A stretch of DNA of 64,000 nt from an uncultured delta proteobacterium (GCA_963815115.1 CAWFFN010000008.1:544001-608000), one strand, 5' to 3'. Counted from the stretch's first letter, positions 31,067 through 43,753 are shown. Made by a program: numbers and translations. Notes: a model not told the origin generated them from the sequence alone.

Positions 31067-32451
31067 CCACGGGCGTGCATCCCGCCGACGAGCCCCCCGC
31101 GCGGCCCGCGCTCATCGGTCCCGGTCACACCCTCGGTTCGATCACCGACAAGATCAGCGCGATCGTCCTCGGCCGGCGCACCCCGCTCGCGTGGTTCTTC
31201 GGCTTCGGGGTCGGCTTCATGCTGCTGCTCCTGATGCTGATGACCATCACCAACCTGCTCTTCCGCGGCATCGGCATCTGGGGGCCCAACGTTCCCGTCG
31301 GGTGGGGCTTCGACATCATCAACTTCGTGTGGTGGATCGGCATCGGACACGCCGGGACGCTGATCTCGGCCATCCTGCTGCTGCTGCGGCAGACCTGGCG
31401 CCAGTCGATCAACCGCTTCGCGGAGGCCATGACGCTGTTCGCGGTGGCCGCGGCGGGACTCTACCCATTGCTGCACACGGGCAGACCATGGCTCGACTAC
31501 TGGCTCTTCCCGTATCCGAACACGATGGGGATGTGGCCGAACTTCCGCAGCCCGCTCATCTGGGACGTGTTCGCGGTCTCCACGTACGCCACGGTCTCGC
31601 TGCTCTTCTGGTTCGTCGGGCTGATCCCCGATCTCGCCACGCTCCGCGACCGGTCGCAGAACCGCGTCGGCCGCGCCGTCTACGGCATGCTCGCCATGGG
31701 CTGGCGTGGCTCGGCCCGGCACTGGCACCGCTACGAGCTGGCGTCCCTGCTCCTGGCCGGCCTCGCGACGCCGCTCGTGGTCTCCGTGCACACGATCGTC
31801 AGCTTCGACTTCGCCGTCGGGATCATCCCCGGCTGGCACGCCACGATCTTTCCGCCCTACTTCGTGGCCGGCGCCATCTACGCCGGCTTCGCGATGGTCC
31901 TGACGCTCGCGATCCCGCTGCGTCGCATCTACGGCCTGCAGGACTTCATCACGATGCAGCACCTGAACTACATGGGCCGCATCCTGCTCGCGACCGGCCT
32001 CGTCGTCGCCTACGGGTACATGATGGAGGCCTTCATGGCCTGGTACAGCGGGAACCCCTACGAGCAGTTCATGATGATCAACCGCTTCATGGGCCCGTAC
32101 CGCTACATGTACTGGGCACTCCTCACGTGCAACGTGCTCGCGCCGCAGGCCCTCTGGTTCCAGCGGGTGCGCGCCAGCACGGTCGCGCTCATGGTGGTCT
32201 GCATGTTCGTCAACGTCGGGATGTGGCTCGAGCGCTACATCATCATCGTCGTGAGCCTGTCGGCCGACTTCCTGCCGTCGTCGTGGGGCCTCTACACCGG
32301 GAGCAAGTGGGACTGGGGCATGTTCCTCGGCACCATGGGCCTGTTCCTCACGCTCTTCTTCCTCTTCATCCGCTTCCTGCCGATGATCTCGATCTTCGAG
32401 ATGCGCAGCATGCTGCCCGAGGCCAAGCTCGAGGAGGACTCGGCCGCATGA
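31063..32451 (+). CDS. actC: alternative complex III ActC (NrfD-like)
   Basis: WGFDIINFVWWIGIGHAGTLISA and NFRSPLIWDVFAV motifs. Confidence 0.93.
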   Translation: MTTGVHPADEPPARPALIGPGHTLGSITDKISAIVLGRRTPLAWFFGFGVGFMLLLLMLMTITNLLFRGIGIWGPNVPVGWGFDIINFVWWIGIGHAGTLISAILLLLRQTWRQSINRFAEAMTLFAVAAAGLYPLLHTGRPWLDYWLFPYPNTMGMWPNFRSPLIWDVFAVSTYATVSLLFWFVGLIPDLATLRDRSQNRVGRAVYGMLAMGWRGSARHWHRYELASLLLAGLATPLVVSVHTIVSFDFAVGIIPGWHATIFPPYFVAGAIYAGFAMVLTLAIPLRRIYGLQDFITMQHLNYMGRILLATGLVVAYGYMMEAFMAWYSGNPYEQFMMINRFMGPYRYMYWALLTCNVLAPQALWFQRVRASTVALMVVCMFVNVGMWLERYIIIVVSLSADFLPSSWGLYTGSKWDWGMFLGTMGLFLTLFFLFIRFLPMISIFEMRSMLPEAKLEEDSAA

Positions 32452-32984
32452 GGCGCCCGCCGATCCACGGCCTGATGGCCGAGTTCAGCGACCTCGAGGA
32501 GCTCGTCCACGCCACGCGCACGGCGCACGAGTCGGGATACCGGCACATGGACGCCTACACGCCGGTCCCGGTGGAGGAGCTGGGGGAGCTCCTCGGCGGC
32601 CATCGCAGCCGCCTCCCCTTCCTGGTCCTGATGGGGGGCATCGTCGGCGGCATCGGCGGCTTCGCGCTCTGCTACTGGACGTCGGTGATCGATTTCCCGA
32701 TCAACGTCGGCGGCCGGCCGCTGAACAGCTGGCCCTCGTTCATCCCCATCACCTTCGAGTGCACCGTCCTCGGCGCCGCGCTGCTGGCGGTCTTCGGGAT
32801 GCTCGCGCTGAACGGTCTCCCGATGCCCTACCATCCGGTGTTCAACGTGCCGCGCTTCGCGCTCTCGTCACGCGACCGGTTCTTCCTGTGCATCGAGGCC
32901 GACGATCCGCTCTTCGATCGCGAGGAGACGCGGCGGTTCCTGGAGCGCCTGGTCCCTCGTCAGGTGTCCGAGGTCGACCACTGA
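32448..32984 (+). CDS. actD: alternative complex III ActD (DUF3341)
   Basis: DAYTPVP and NVGGRPLNSWPSFIPITFE motifs. Confidence 0.9.
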   Translation: MRRPPIHGLMAEFSDLEELVHATRTAHESGYRHMDAYTPVPVEELGELLGGHRSRLPFLVLMGGIVGGIGGFALCYWTSVIDFPINVGGRPLNSWPSFIPITFECTVLGAALLAVFGMLALNGLPMPYHPVFNVPRFALSSRDRFFLCIEADDPLFDREETRRFLERLVPRQVSEVDH

Positions 32985-33556
32985 TGCGCCGCGCGCTCGC
33001 CATCGCGATCCTCGCCGCCGCCGTCGGCGCCGGGTGCCGGCAGGACATGCACGACCAGCCGAAGGTGAAGGCGCAGGCGGCCAACAAGTTCTTCCCCGAC
33101 GACCGCGGGGGCCGGCCGCTGATCGAGGGCACCGTGGCGCGCAGCGCGGTGCTGGGTGATCCGCCATACCTGACCGGCAAGCAGGGCGGCCAGCCCGTCC
33201 CGCGCGCACCGGTCCCCGTGACCGCCGAGACGCTCGCCCGCGGCCGCGAGCGCTACGACGTGTTCTGCTCGCCGTGCCACGACCGCGTCGGCACCGGCGG
33301 CGGCATGATCGTGCAGCGCGGCTACCGCCAGCCGCCGTCGTTTCACATCGACCGCCTGCGCCAGGAAGGCGACGGCTACTTCTTCGACACCATCACCAAC
33401 GGGTTCGGCGTGATGCCGAGCTACGCCCAGCAGATCCCGGTGGCGGACCGCTGGGCCATCACGCTCTACATCCGGGCCCTCCAGCTCAGCCAGCACGCCA
33501 CGATCGCCGACGTGCCCGAATCCGAGCGTGGGCCCTTCACGCCCACGGGTCGCTGA
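32984..33556 (+). CDS. actE: alternative complex III monoheme lipoprotein ActE
   Basis: AGCRQDMHDQP lipobox; CSPCH; GFGVMPSY. Confidence 0.9.
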   Translation: MRRALAIAILAAAVGAGCRQDMHDQPKVKAQAANKFFPDDRGGRPLIEGTVARSAVLGDPPYLTGKQGGQPVPRAPVPVTAETLARGRERYDVFCSPCHDRVGTGGGMIVQRGYRQPPSFHIDRLRQEGDGYFFDTITNGFGVMPSYAQQIPVADRWAITLYIRALQLSQHATIADVPESERGPFTPTGR

Positions 33557-33557
33557 C

Positions 33558-34736
33558 ATGAACGGGACCACCACGCCGCTGCTCCTCACCGAGGACCATC
33601 CGCTGCATCGCGTGCAGCGGATCGCCGTCGGCGTGGGCGCGGCGGCGTTGCTCGTGTGCGCCCTGGCGGGCTTCGGCAACCTCACCCAGCTCCTGCGCAG
33701 CTACCTCGTGGCCTACCTCTTCTGGATCGGTGCGGCGCTCGGCTGTCTCGCGCTGCTCATGATCCAGCACGTGACCGGCGGCGCGTGGGGCGTCGCCATC
33801 AGGCGCTTGCTCGAGTCGGGCGCGCGGACGCTGCCGGCCATGGCGATCCTGTTCATCCCCATCGCGCTCGGGCTCGGCCGGCTCTACGAGTGGGCGCGGC
33901 CAGAGGAGGTGGCACACGACCCGCTGCTGCAGCACAAGGCGCTCTACCTGAACGTCCCCTTCTTCCTCGGCCGCGCGGCCTTCTACTTCCTCGTCTGGAC
34001 GCTCGTGGTGCGCGCGCTCTCGCGCTGGTCGCTCGAGCAGGACGAGAGCTTCGACCCGAAGCCGGGCGAGCGCCTGGAGCTCATCTCGCGTGGCGGCCTG
34101 GTGCTGCTCGGTCTCACCATGACCTTCGCCTCGATCGACTGGGCCATGTCGCTCGAGCCGCACTGGTTCTCCACCATCTACGGCGTGATCTTCATGGGCG
34201 GGAATGCCGTCACGGCGTTTGCCGTGGTGATCCCGGTCGCCGCCCTGCTCTCGACCTGTCCCCCGATCGGCGATCTCATCTCGACCGACCAGCTGAGCGA
34301 CCTCGGCAAGCTGCTGCTCGCCTTCGTCATGCTCTGGGCCTACTTCAACCTGTCGCAGTTCATCATCACATGGTCGGGCAACCTCCCCGAGGAGATCACC
34401 TGGTACCTCGCCCGCACGCGCGGCGGCTGGCAGTGGGTCGCCCTCGCCATCGTGCTCTTCCACTTCGTCCTGCCGTTCGTCCTGCTGCTCTCGCACCGGC
34501 TCAAGCGCCGCGCTTCGAGCATCGCGATCGTGGCGCTCATCCTCGTCGTCATGCGGTTCGTCGACGTGTTCTGGCTGGTCACCCCGGCCTTCGATCCGAG
34601 CAGGCTCACCGTGCACCTGCTCGACATCGCGGCCGTGCTCATGCTGGGCGGGGTGTGGATCTGGCTCTTCGTCCGCCAGCTCGAGGGCCGGCCGCTGCTG
34701 CCGCTGCGCGACCCCGTCTACCCGGTGGTGCAGTGA
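33558..34736 (+). CDS. actF: alternative complex III ActF
   Basis: Polytopic membrane protein; DWAMSLEPHWFST and WSGNLPEE motifs. Confidence 0.9.
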   Translation: MNGTTTPLLLTEDHPLHRVQRIAVGVGAAALLVCALAGFGNLTQLLRSYLVAYLFWIGAALGCLALLMIQHVTGGAWGVAIRRLLESGARTLPAMAILFIPIALGLGRLYEWARPEEVAHDPLLQHKALYLNVPFFLGRAAFYFLVWTLVVRALSRWSLEQDESFDPKPGERLELISRGGLVLLGLTMTFASIDWAMSLEPHWFSTIYGVIFMGGNAVTAFAVVIPVAALLSTCPPIGDLISTDQLSDLGKLLLAFVMLWAYFNLSQFIITWSGNLPEEITWYLARTRGGWQWVALAIVLFHFVLPFVLLLSHRLKRRASSIAIVALILVVMRFVDVFWLVTPAFDPSRLTVHLLDIAAVLMLGGVWIWLFVRQLEGRPLLPLRDPVYPVVQ

Positions 34737-35113
34737 GCGCGATCGACGATCTCCCCGTGGCGGGGCACGAGCGGCGCGACGTCCGTGCGAGCACGGTGGT
34801 GAAGTGGGGAGCCGGCGTCTTCGGACTCGTCGTGTTCACCGTGGCCGCCATGTGGCTCCTGCTGCTGCGTCTCCAGGCGCGCGAGGAGCGCGCGAGCGAG
34901 CCGGCGAGCCCGCTCGCCAGCTACGGTCCGCGCGAGCCGCCGCAGCCGCGCCTCCAGATCGACCCTCACGGGGACATCGCGAAGCTGCGGGAGAGCGAGC
35001 GGGCGCAGCTGGACGGCTACGGCTGGGTCGATCGCGACGCGGGCACGGTCCACATCCCGGTCGAGCGCGCCATGAGTCTGCTCGTGCAGCGCCGCGGGGA
35101 AGGCCGGCGATGA
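34733..35113 (+). CDS. ActG-like small membrane subunit
   Basis: GHERRD, single TM helix, YGWVD...HIPVERAM; position in act operon. Confidence 0.75.
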   Translation: MSAIDDLPVAGHERRDVRASTVVKWGAGVFGLVVFTVAAMWLLLLRLQAREERASEPASPLASYGPREPPQPRLQIDPHGDIAKLRESERAQLDGYGWVDRDAGTVHIPVERAMSLLVQRRGEGRR

Positions 35114-35937
35114 GGACCCTGCTCGTCACGCTCGCGCTCCTCGTCTCCCTGGGTCCGGGCGGCCGCGCCGCTCGTGCCGATTCCGAACGACCCGCCGTCC
35201 TGCGCGACGTCGGATTCGACCAGCGTCTCGGCGCGCAGGTCCCCCTCGACCTCGCCTTCCGGGACGAGACCGGCCGCACCGTGACGCTGCGCGAGTACCT
35301 CGGCGACAAGCCGGTCATGCTGGTGCCGGCCTACTACGAGTGTCCCATGCTGTGCACGCTGGTGCTGAACGGCGTCGTGAGCGCGCTGCGCGCCCTGCCG
35401 TTCGACGTCGGGAAGGAGTTCCGCGTCGTCACCGTGAGCTTCAACCCGCACGAGACGAGCGCGCTGGCGGCGGCGAAGAAGGCCACCTACCTCGGGGAAT
35501 ACCGCCGGCCCGGCGCCGACGCGGGCTGGCACTTCCTCGTCGGCGACGAGGCGTCGATCGGCCCGCTCATGCAGGCCATCGGCTTCCGCTACGCCTGGGA
35601 CGCCGCGGCCTCGCAGTACGCCCACGCCGCCGGGCTCGTGGTGCTGACGCCGGGCGGGCGCGTCTCGCACTACTTCTACGGCGTCGAGTTCGCGCCGCGC
35701 GATCTCCGGCTCGCACTGGTGGAGGCGTCGGGCGAGCGCATCGGCTCGGTCGTCGATCAGCTGCTGCTCTTCTGCTTCCACTACGACCCGGCGACGGGAC
35801 GCTACAGTCGCGTGGCACTGAACGCGGTCCGCGCCGGCGGGGTACTCACCCTGGCCGCGCTCGGGCTCTTCGTCTGGATGGCGCTGCGTCGCGACCGTCG
35901 CATGGCCGGCGCCACCTCCGAAGGCAAGACCGCATGA
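35110..35937 (+). CDS. SCO-family copper chaperone
   Basis: YYECPMLC (CxxxC) and YAH motifs. Confidence 0.9.
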   Translation: MRTLLVTLALLVSLGPGGRAARADSERPAVLRDVGFDQRLGAQVPLDLAFRDETGRTVTLREYLGDKPVMLVPAYYECPMLCTLVLNGVVSALRALPFDVGKEFRVVTVSFNPHETSALAAAKKATYLGEYRRPGADAGWHFLVGDEASIGPLMQAIGFRYAWDAAASQYAHAAGLVVLTPGGRVSHYFYGVEFAPRDLRLALVEASGERIGSVVDQLLLFCFHYDPATGRYSRVALNAVRAGGVLTLAALGLFVWMALRRDRRMAGATSEGKTA

Positions 35938-36889
35938 TCGAGCGGTTCCGTCTCTTCCCGGAGCAGGCCTCGACGCTGGCCCCCCAGACCGATGCGCTGC
36001 TCTTCTTCCTGCTCGCGATCACGACCTTCTTCGTCGTCCTCATCGCCGGCTTGATCATCGTCTTCATGATCCGCTATCGCCGCCGCGCTCCCGACGAGAT
36101 CCCGGAGAGCGTGCACGGCTCGCTCGCGCTCGAGATCGCCTGGACGCTCCCGCCGTTCGTGATCGTCATGGTGATCTTCTTCTGGGGCGCCAGCCTCTTC
36201 GCCATCATCCGGCGGCCGCCGGACGACGCCATGAACATCGACGTCGTCGGCAAGCAATGGATGTGGAAGCTGCAGCACATGGAAGGCCGGCGCGAGATCG
36301 ACGAGCTGCACGTCCCCGTGGGCACGCCGGTGAAGCTCACCATGACGTCCGAGGACGTCATTCACAGCTTCTTCGTGCCCGCGTTCCGCATCAAGCAGGA
36401 CGCGGTGCCCGGCCGGTACACCACCACGTGGTTCGAGGCCACGAAGCCCGGCTCCTACCACCTCTTCTGCGCCGAGTACTGCGGCACGCTGCACTCCGGG
36501 ATGATCGGCCACGTCATCGCCATGGAGCCGGCCGAGTATCAGGCCTGGCTGCAGACCGGCGAAGCGGGCGGCGTGCCGGCCCTGTCGCCGGTGGCGGCGG
36601 GCCAGGCCCTCTTCGAGGCGCAAGGCTGCCCCTCGTGTCACGCGGCCGGTGCGGCCCAGCGCGGACCCATGCTCGCCGGCCTGTTCGGGAGCACGGTCAA
36701 CTTCGAGGGCGGGGGGACCGCGCTGGCGGACGAGGGCTACCTGCGCGAGTCCATCCTGAACCCGCAGGCGCACCTCGTCGCGGGCTACCAGGCCATCATG
36801 CCGACCTACCAGGGGCTGCTCAGCGAGGAGAACGTCATGCAGCTCATCGCCTACGTGAAGTCGCTCAAGGCGGAGGGGGGCGCGAAGCC

Positions 36890-36893
<4 letters not shown>
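35934..36893 (+). CDS. coxB: cytochrome c oxidase subunit II with fused cytochrome c (caa3)
   Basis: [18 protein letters not shown] CuA site; CPSCH heme c. Confidence 0.95.
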
Positions 36894-38546
<1,653 letters not shown>

Positions 38547-38554
<8 letters not shown>

Positions 38555-39209
38555 CGCCGCCACCACACGCGTCGTGCACCAGCACGTCGCGCACCACTTC
38601 GACGACGCCGCCCAGCAGCGCGACGCCTCCACGCTCGGCATGTGGGTGTTCCTCGCCCAGGAGGTCATGTTCTTCGGTGGCCTCTTCACGTGCTACGTCG
38701 TGTACCGGGCGCTCCACGCGTCGGGGTTCGCGCACGCGAGCCACCAGCTCGACGTCGTGCTCGGCACGACCAACACGGCCGTGCTGATCACGAGCAGCCT
38801 CACGATGGCGCTGGCGGTCTGGGCCTCGCAGACGGGGAGCCGGCGGATGCTGCTCGTCTGCATCACGCTGACGGCGGCGCTCGGGTCCGTCTTCCTCGGC
38901 ATCAAGGGATACGAGTACTGGCACAAGTTCCACGAGCACCTCGTGCCCGGACCCTACTTCGTGTGGGACGGGCCGGACGGGCCCGAGGCCGAGATGTTCT
39001 TCTCGCTCTACTTCGCGCTGACGGGCCTGCACGCGCTTCACATGGTCATCGGCCTCGGCATCATGGCGTGGCTCTTCTGGATGGCGTGGTCGGGCCGCGT
39101 CGGGCCGGCCTACCACGCCCCGGTCGAGATCTCCGGGCTCTACTGGCACTTCGTCGACATCGTCTGGATATTCCTCTTCCCCCTCCTCTACCTGATCGGC
39201 CGGCACTGA
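38547..39209 (+). CDS. coxC: cytochrome c oxidase subunit III
   Basis: [21 protein letters not shown] and YWHFVD motifs; start is CTG 38547 (perfect SD) or GTG 38574. Confidence 0.93.
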
Positions 39210-39216
39210 GGATCGC

Positions 39217-39507
39217 ATGTCCGAGGAGCACGTCGTCCCCGTCCGCATCTACGTGATCATCTTCGTCACGCTCGTCGTCCTCACCGGCGTCACCACCGCC
39301 GTGGCCTTCGTCGACCTCGGGCCCATGAACGTCGTCGCGATGCTCCTCATCGCCTTCCTCAAGGCAACGCTCGTCGTCCTCTATTTCATGCACGTGCGCT
39401 TCACGGGGAGGCTCACCCAGATCGCCGCGGCCAGCGGCTTCGCGTGGCTGGTGATCCTGATCGGGCTCACCCTGAGCGACGTCCTGACGCGGAAAGTCGT
39501 CCCCTGA
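39217..39507 (+). CDS. coxD: cytochrome c oxidase subunit IV
   Basis: Three TM helices; KATLVVLYFMH motif. Confidence 0.9.
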   Translation: MSEEHVVPVRIYVIIFVTLVVLTGVTTAVAFVDLGPMNVVAMLLIAFLKATLVVLYFMHVRFTGRLTQIAAASGFAWLVILIGLTLSDVLTRKVVP

Positions 39508-39576
39508 GCGCCCGCGCACGTGCCTTGCCGGCTCTTTGCGCTTGCCCCCGGGCGCGGCCGGTGGGTATAGCCGAGG

Positions 39577-41655
39577 ATGGTCTTGGCTCCGCAGGAGCGT
39601 CTTCGCCGCCGAACCGCGCAGTGCTTCAGCGCGCTGGCGGGCGCGCTGCTCGTCATCGTCGTTTCGGGGCGTCCGGCGCTCGCCGCGACGGATCCGAACG
39701 GCGACCCCGATCACGACGGCGTGACCAACGCGGGCGAGGCGTTCTGGGGCACCGATCCCACGAACCCCGACACCGACGGCGACGGCCTCTCCGACGGCGA
39801 GGAGATCGGCACCCAGCTCGTCTGGGGGATCGGCTCCCCGACCGATCCGGACAGCGATCACGACGGCATCGACGACCTGCACGACGACTACGACGGCGAC
39901 GGGCTCAGCAACCTCGAGGAGCGCCAGCTCGGCCTCTACTACGTCCTCTTCGACTCCGACTTCGATGGCCTCTCCGACGGCTGGGAGGTCGCCCACGGCT
40001 CGAATCCGCTCGCCTGGGACAGCGACGGCGACGGCATCCGCGACGGTGACCAGGACGACGACGGCGACGGACTCGGGACCGCGCTCGAGGTGGAGCTCGG
40101 CACCGATCCCACGAATCCCGACACCGACGGCGACGGCGTCACGGACGGCGACGAGCGCCTGCTGTGCACCGATCCGCTGGTCGCCGATTCGAACGGCGAC
40201 GACCCGCCCGACGCCCTCTGCCTGTCCCGCGCCCCTGAGGGCGTGCCCGACTGGAAGCTCTTCCAGCGCGACGCCGCCAGCCGCAGCACGACGATCACGG
40301 TGCCGTTTCACTACCGGCTCGCTCACGCCGCGCGTGTCGAGGTGGCGCTGATCGCCCAGGCGACCGGCGCGGCGCTGTCCGGCTTCGGGTTCGCCGAGCA
40401 CGCCCTGACACTCGACGTCGACACGACGGACGGCGGGGGGAGCGGCTCGCTCGTGCTCGCCGGCGTCCCCCAGGGCGGGAACTACGACCTCGCCGCGCGC
40501 ATCGTGAACCCGACGAGCGGCGTCGTGCTGCTGACCGACACCACCCGCAACCTCGCGGTCGGCGACGTCTTCCTCGCCGCCGGCCAGTCGAACATGTCCG
40601 GCAACAACGGCCTCGCGGAAGCGCCAAGCCACTACGAGCAGCCCGATCCGCAGGTTCACCTCTTCGGCAACGACTATCGGTGGAAGCTCGCGACCGAGCC
40701 GATGGAGAACGCCGCCAACTCCCTGGACCCGGTGGGAATCGACTCACAGGCGCGCAGCTCGCCCATGCTGCGCTTCGCCAAGGAGGTGACCCAGCGGACC
40801 GGGATTCCGGTCGCCATCATGCCCGCTTCCTCCTCGGGCAGCAGCATCATGCCGGCCACCACCGGCGATCCGTTCGCCAACCACTGGACGCGGGACGCGC
40901 AGGATCCGCAGCGCCGCACGACGCTCTACGGCTCCGCCCTGTCGCGCGTCCTGGTGCAGGACTACGCGAGCCCGATCCGGGGCGTGATCTGGTATCAGGG
41001 AGAGAGCGACGCCGCGGTGCCGACCGCGGACTACCTGGCGACGCTGCGGCAGCTCGTGAGCGACCTGCGCACCGACCTGGCGAGCCCTGCCCTCTTCTTC
41101 GCCAGCTGTCAGCTTGCCTCGTACACGCTCGACGTGACGGAGGCGCCACAGGCCCTCTGGATGGGGCTGCGCGAGGCCCAGCGGCAGTACGCGGCTTCGG
41201 ATCCGCAATCGACGCTCGTGGCCACACTCGACCTCCCGGTGTACTTCGTACACCTCTTCGGATCCGGCTACCGGGAGACCGGCAGGCGGCTCGGCCTCGC
41301 GACGCTCGAGGCGTCGTACAACGTGCGCCGCCTCGGCACGACGCCGAAGCTGCGCAGCGTGCGCCTGTCGCGGGCCGGCGCGCGCGTCGTCCTCCGCTAC
41401 GACCGGCCCGTCGTCGGGGGCGATCCGGCGCTCTTCCGGGTCTCGAACGCATCGGGCGGCGTCGCGGTCCTGGCCGCGCAGGCGCGTGGAAGCCGGGTGT
41501 ACGTCGACCTGGCACAGCCCGTGACGGCCGCGGCGCACGTCAGCTACGGCTTCGGGAAGCCCGCGTCTCCAGGCGGCTGGCTCGTCGGGCGCCGCGGCGA
41601 GGGCTCCGTCCTCGCCTTCAAGGACCTCGGCGCAGTGACGAACCTCGCGCGCTAG
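39577..41655 (+). CDS. secreted SGNH/sialate O-acetylesterase-like protein with Ca-binding DxDGDG repeats
   Basis: Signal peptide; repeated TDPTNPDTDGDG; GQSNM and WYQGESD motifs. Confidence 0.82.
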   Translation: MVLAPQERLRRRTAQCFSALAGALLVIVVSGRPALAATDPNGDPDHDGVTNAGEAFWGTDPTNPDTDGDGLSDGEEIGTQLVWGIGSPTDPDSDHDGIDDLHDDYDGDGLSNLEERQLGLYYVLFDSDFDGLSDGWEVAHGSNPLAWDSDGDGIRDGDQDDDGDGLGTALEVELGTDPTNPDTDGDGVTDGDERLLCTDPLVADSNGDDPPDALCLSRAPEGVPDWKLFQRDAASRSTTITVPFHYRLAHAARVEVALIAQATGAALSGFGFAEHALTLDVDTTDGGGSGSLVLAGVPQGGNYDLAARIVNPTSGVVLLTDTTRNLAVGDVFLAAGQSNMSGNNGLAEAPSHYEQPDPQVHLFGNDYRWKLATEPMENAANSLDPVGIDSQARSSPMLRFAKEVTQRTGIPVAIMPASSSGSSIMPATTGDPFANHWTRDAQDPQRRTTLYGSALSRVLVQDYASPIRGVIWYQGESDAAVPTADYLATLRQLVSDLRTDLASPALFFASCQLASYTLDVTEAPQALWMGLREAQRQYAASDPQSTLVATLDLPVYFVHLFGSGYRETGRRLGLATLEASYNVRRLGTTPKLRSVRLSRAGARVVLRYDRPVVGGDPALFRVSNASGGVAVLAAQARGSRVYVDLAQPVTAAAHVSYGFGKPASPGGWLVGRRGEGSVLAFKDLGAVTNLAR

Positions 41656-41670
41656 CAGTCCCGCGCCGCC

Positions 41671-42117
41671 TCACTGGCCGCCCGAGGGAGCGCCTCCCTG
41701 GTCGTGCATCGAGTCGCGCAGGCGACGGCCCGCATCCTCGAGGCCCTTGCCGATCTGCTCGCCGAGCCCACGCAGCATGTCGCCCGCCGTCGCGCCGAAG
41801 CGGGCGACGCGGGTGGCCACGTAGGTCTTCTGGAGCTCGGCGCGCCGCTCCGACAGGGCGGCGGCCTGCTGGAGGATCTCGGCTCGCTGGTCGGCGGGCC
41901 TCGCCGCGGCATCGGCGCGCAGCGCGGCGATGTCGGCGTCGAGACGGGCGAAGAGCGCGTCGATCTGCTGCTCGGTGACCCCCGGCTTCTGCTGCTGGTA
42001 GGCTTCGATCGCCACGCGCAGCTCGTCGGCCGTGCGCGGGGCGGCGGGCTTCGAGCAGCCGACCCCGAGCCAAACCAGCAGTACCCCGGCGCCGAGCGCG
42101 GCCACCCAGCTAGACAT
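41671..42117 (-). CDS. putative helical lipoprotein
   Basis: LGVGC lipobox; coiled-coil-like body. Confidence 0.65.
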   Translation of the reverse strand: MSSWVAALGAGVLLVWLGVGCSKPAAPRTADELRVAIEAYQQQKPGVTEQQIDALFARLDADIAALRADAAARPADQRAEILQQAAALSERRAELQKTYVATRVARFGATAGDMLRGLGEQIGKGLEDAGRRLRDSMHDQGGAPSGGQ

Positions 42118-42265
42118 GCCCCGAGGGCTACCACGATCGCGGGAGGGGCGCACTCCACGACGTCGCCGCGGGCTCTGCCCGATCGGATGGGCAGCCCTCG
42201 GGGGACGCTCGTGACCGACGCTGGCCTTTGCCCCTCGAAGTCAGTAGAGAGGCATCCCGCAGCCG

Positions 42266-43753
42266 ATGAGAATCGCGTTCCTGGTCGCCGTGCTCCCGGC
42301 GGTGCTTCTCGCGGGCTGCGCGGTGGGTCCCAACTACAAGCGTCCCGAGACCCCGGTCACGCCCGCCTATCGCGGCCAGGAGCCGCCCGAGCCGACCTCG
42401 ATCGCCGACCTGCCGTGGTGGGAGGTCTTCCACGACGAGGTGCTCCAGTTCCTCGTCACCGAGGCGCTGAGGAACAACTACGATCTCTTGACGGCGATCT
42501 CCCGAGTCGAGACGGCCCGCGGGCAGCTCATCTCCACCCGGTCCCAGATGTTCCCGCAGGCCACGTACGAGGGCGGCGCCTCGCGCGGGAGGCAGTTCCT
42601 CGGTGAGGAGCAGAAGGTGCCCGTCCTCACCCTGAAGAAGAACGGCCAGCTCGTCCAGCGGGAGGGGACCTTCGGCGGTAACTCGACCTTCGACACCTTC
42701 CTCGGCACGCTGAACGCCGCCTGGGAGATCGACCTGTGGGGGCGAATCCGCCGGGCCACCGAATCCGCCCGTGCCGACCTGCTCGCCTCCAACGACTTCC
42801 GCCAGGGTGTCGTCCTCTCGCTGGTGAGCCAGGTCGCGCAGACCTACCTCCAGCTCCTCGAGCTCGACGTCGAGCTCGAGATCGCGGAGCGCTCGACGAA
42901 GACGTTCGGCGAGACGCTCGATCTCTTCCAGCGCCAGTTCGAGGGCGGCATCGGTACCAAGCTGGCCGTGGCGCGCGGCGAGGCCGCGCTCGCGCAGGCC
43001 GCGGCCACCATCCCCAACACCGAGCGTGCCATCGTCTCGACCGAGAACGCGATCTGCATCCTGCTCGGCTGGCCGCCGACACCGATCCCGCGCGGCACGG
43101 CGCTGACCTCGCAGGAGCTGCCGCCCGAGCCCCCCGCCGGCCTGCCGGCGGAGATCCTCGAGCGCCGTCCCGACGTGCTGCAGGCGGAGCAGGTGCTGCG
43201 CTCGGCCAATGCCCAGGTCGGCGTCGCGATCGCCGACTTCTTCCCCCGCATCGGCCTGACCGCGCTCTACGGCGGGACGAGCGCGGAGCTGGAGGCCGTG
43301 GTGAAGGGGGCCGGCAACGTCTGGTCGATCGCGGCGTCGGTGACCGGGCCGATCTTCCAGGCCGGGAAGCTCTACGGCGGCTACAAGTCGGCGGTCGCCA
43401 ACTGGGAGGCCGCGAAGTCCCAGTACGAGGGCACCGTCCTGGGCGCCCTCCGCGACGTGTCGGACGCGCTGGTCGACGCGCAGAAGCTGAAGCTGGTGCG
43501 CGACGAGCTCGCCAAGGCGGTCGCGGCACTCAAGGAGGCCTCCGAGCTGGCCACCATCCGCTACACGGGCGGCCTCGCGACGTACTTCGAGGTGCTCGAG
43601 GCGCAGCAGCAGCTCTTCCCCGCCGAGGATCAGCTCGCGCAAACCGAGCGCGACGAGCTCCTAGCGGTCGTGCGCCTCTACGCCGCGCTCGGTGGCGGCT
43701 GGAGCGTCGAGGACCAGCCCGTCCCGCTCAACGCCTTCCCCGGCTGGCCGTGA
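42266..43753 (+). CDS. NodT/OprM-family efflux outer-membrane lipoprotein
   Basis: LAGCAVGPNYKRP, WEIDLWG, RRPDV and ALGGGW motifs. Confidence 0.93.
   Translation: MRIAFLVAVLPAVLLAGCAVGPNYKRPETPVTPAYRGQEPPEPTSIADLPWWEVFHDEVLQFLVTEALRNNYDLLTAISRVETARGQLISTRSQMFPQATYEGGASRGRQFLGEEQKVPVLTLKKNGQLVQREGTFGGNSTFDTFLGTLNAAWEIDLWGRIRRATESARADLLASNDFRQGVVLSLVSQVAQTYLQLLELDVELEIAERSTKTFGETLDLFQRQFEGGIGTKLAVARGEAALAQAAATIPNTERAIVSTENAICILLGWPPTPIPRGTALTSQELPPEPPAGLPAEILERRPDVLQAEQVLRSANAQVGVAIADFFPRIGLTALYGGTSAELEAVVKGAGNVWSIAASVTGPIFQAGKLYGGYKSAVANWEAAKSQYEGTVLGALRDVSDALVDAQKLKLVRDELAKAVAALKEASELATIRYTGGLATYFEVLEAQQQLFPAEDQLAQTERDELLAVVRLYAALGGGWSVEDQPVPLNAFPGWP

Noticed and set aside
39690-40200. Repeated ACCGATCCCACGAAYCCCGACACCGACGGCGACGGC units as a possible CRISPR or tandem array
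   Set aside because: In-frame coding repeats (TDPTNPDTDGDG) with no regular repeat-spacer period and no cas genes
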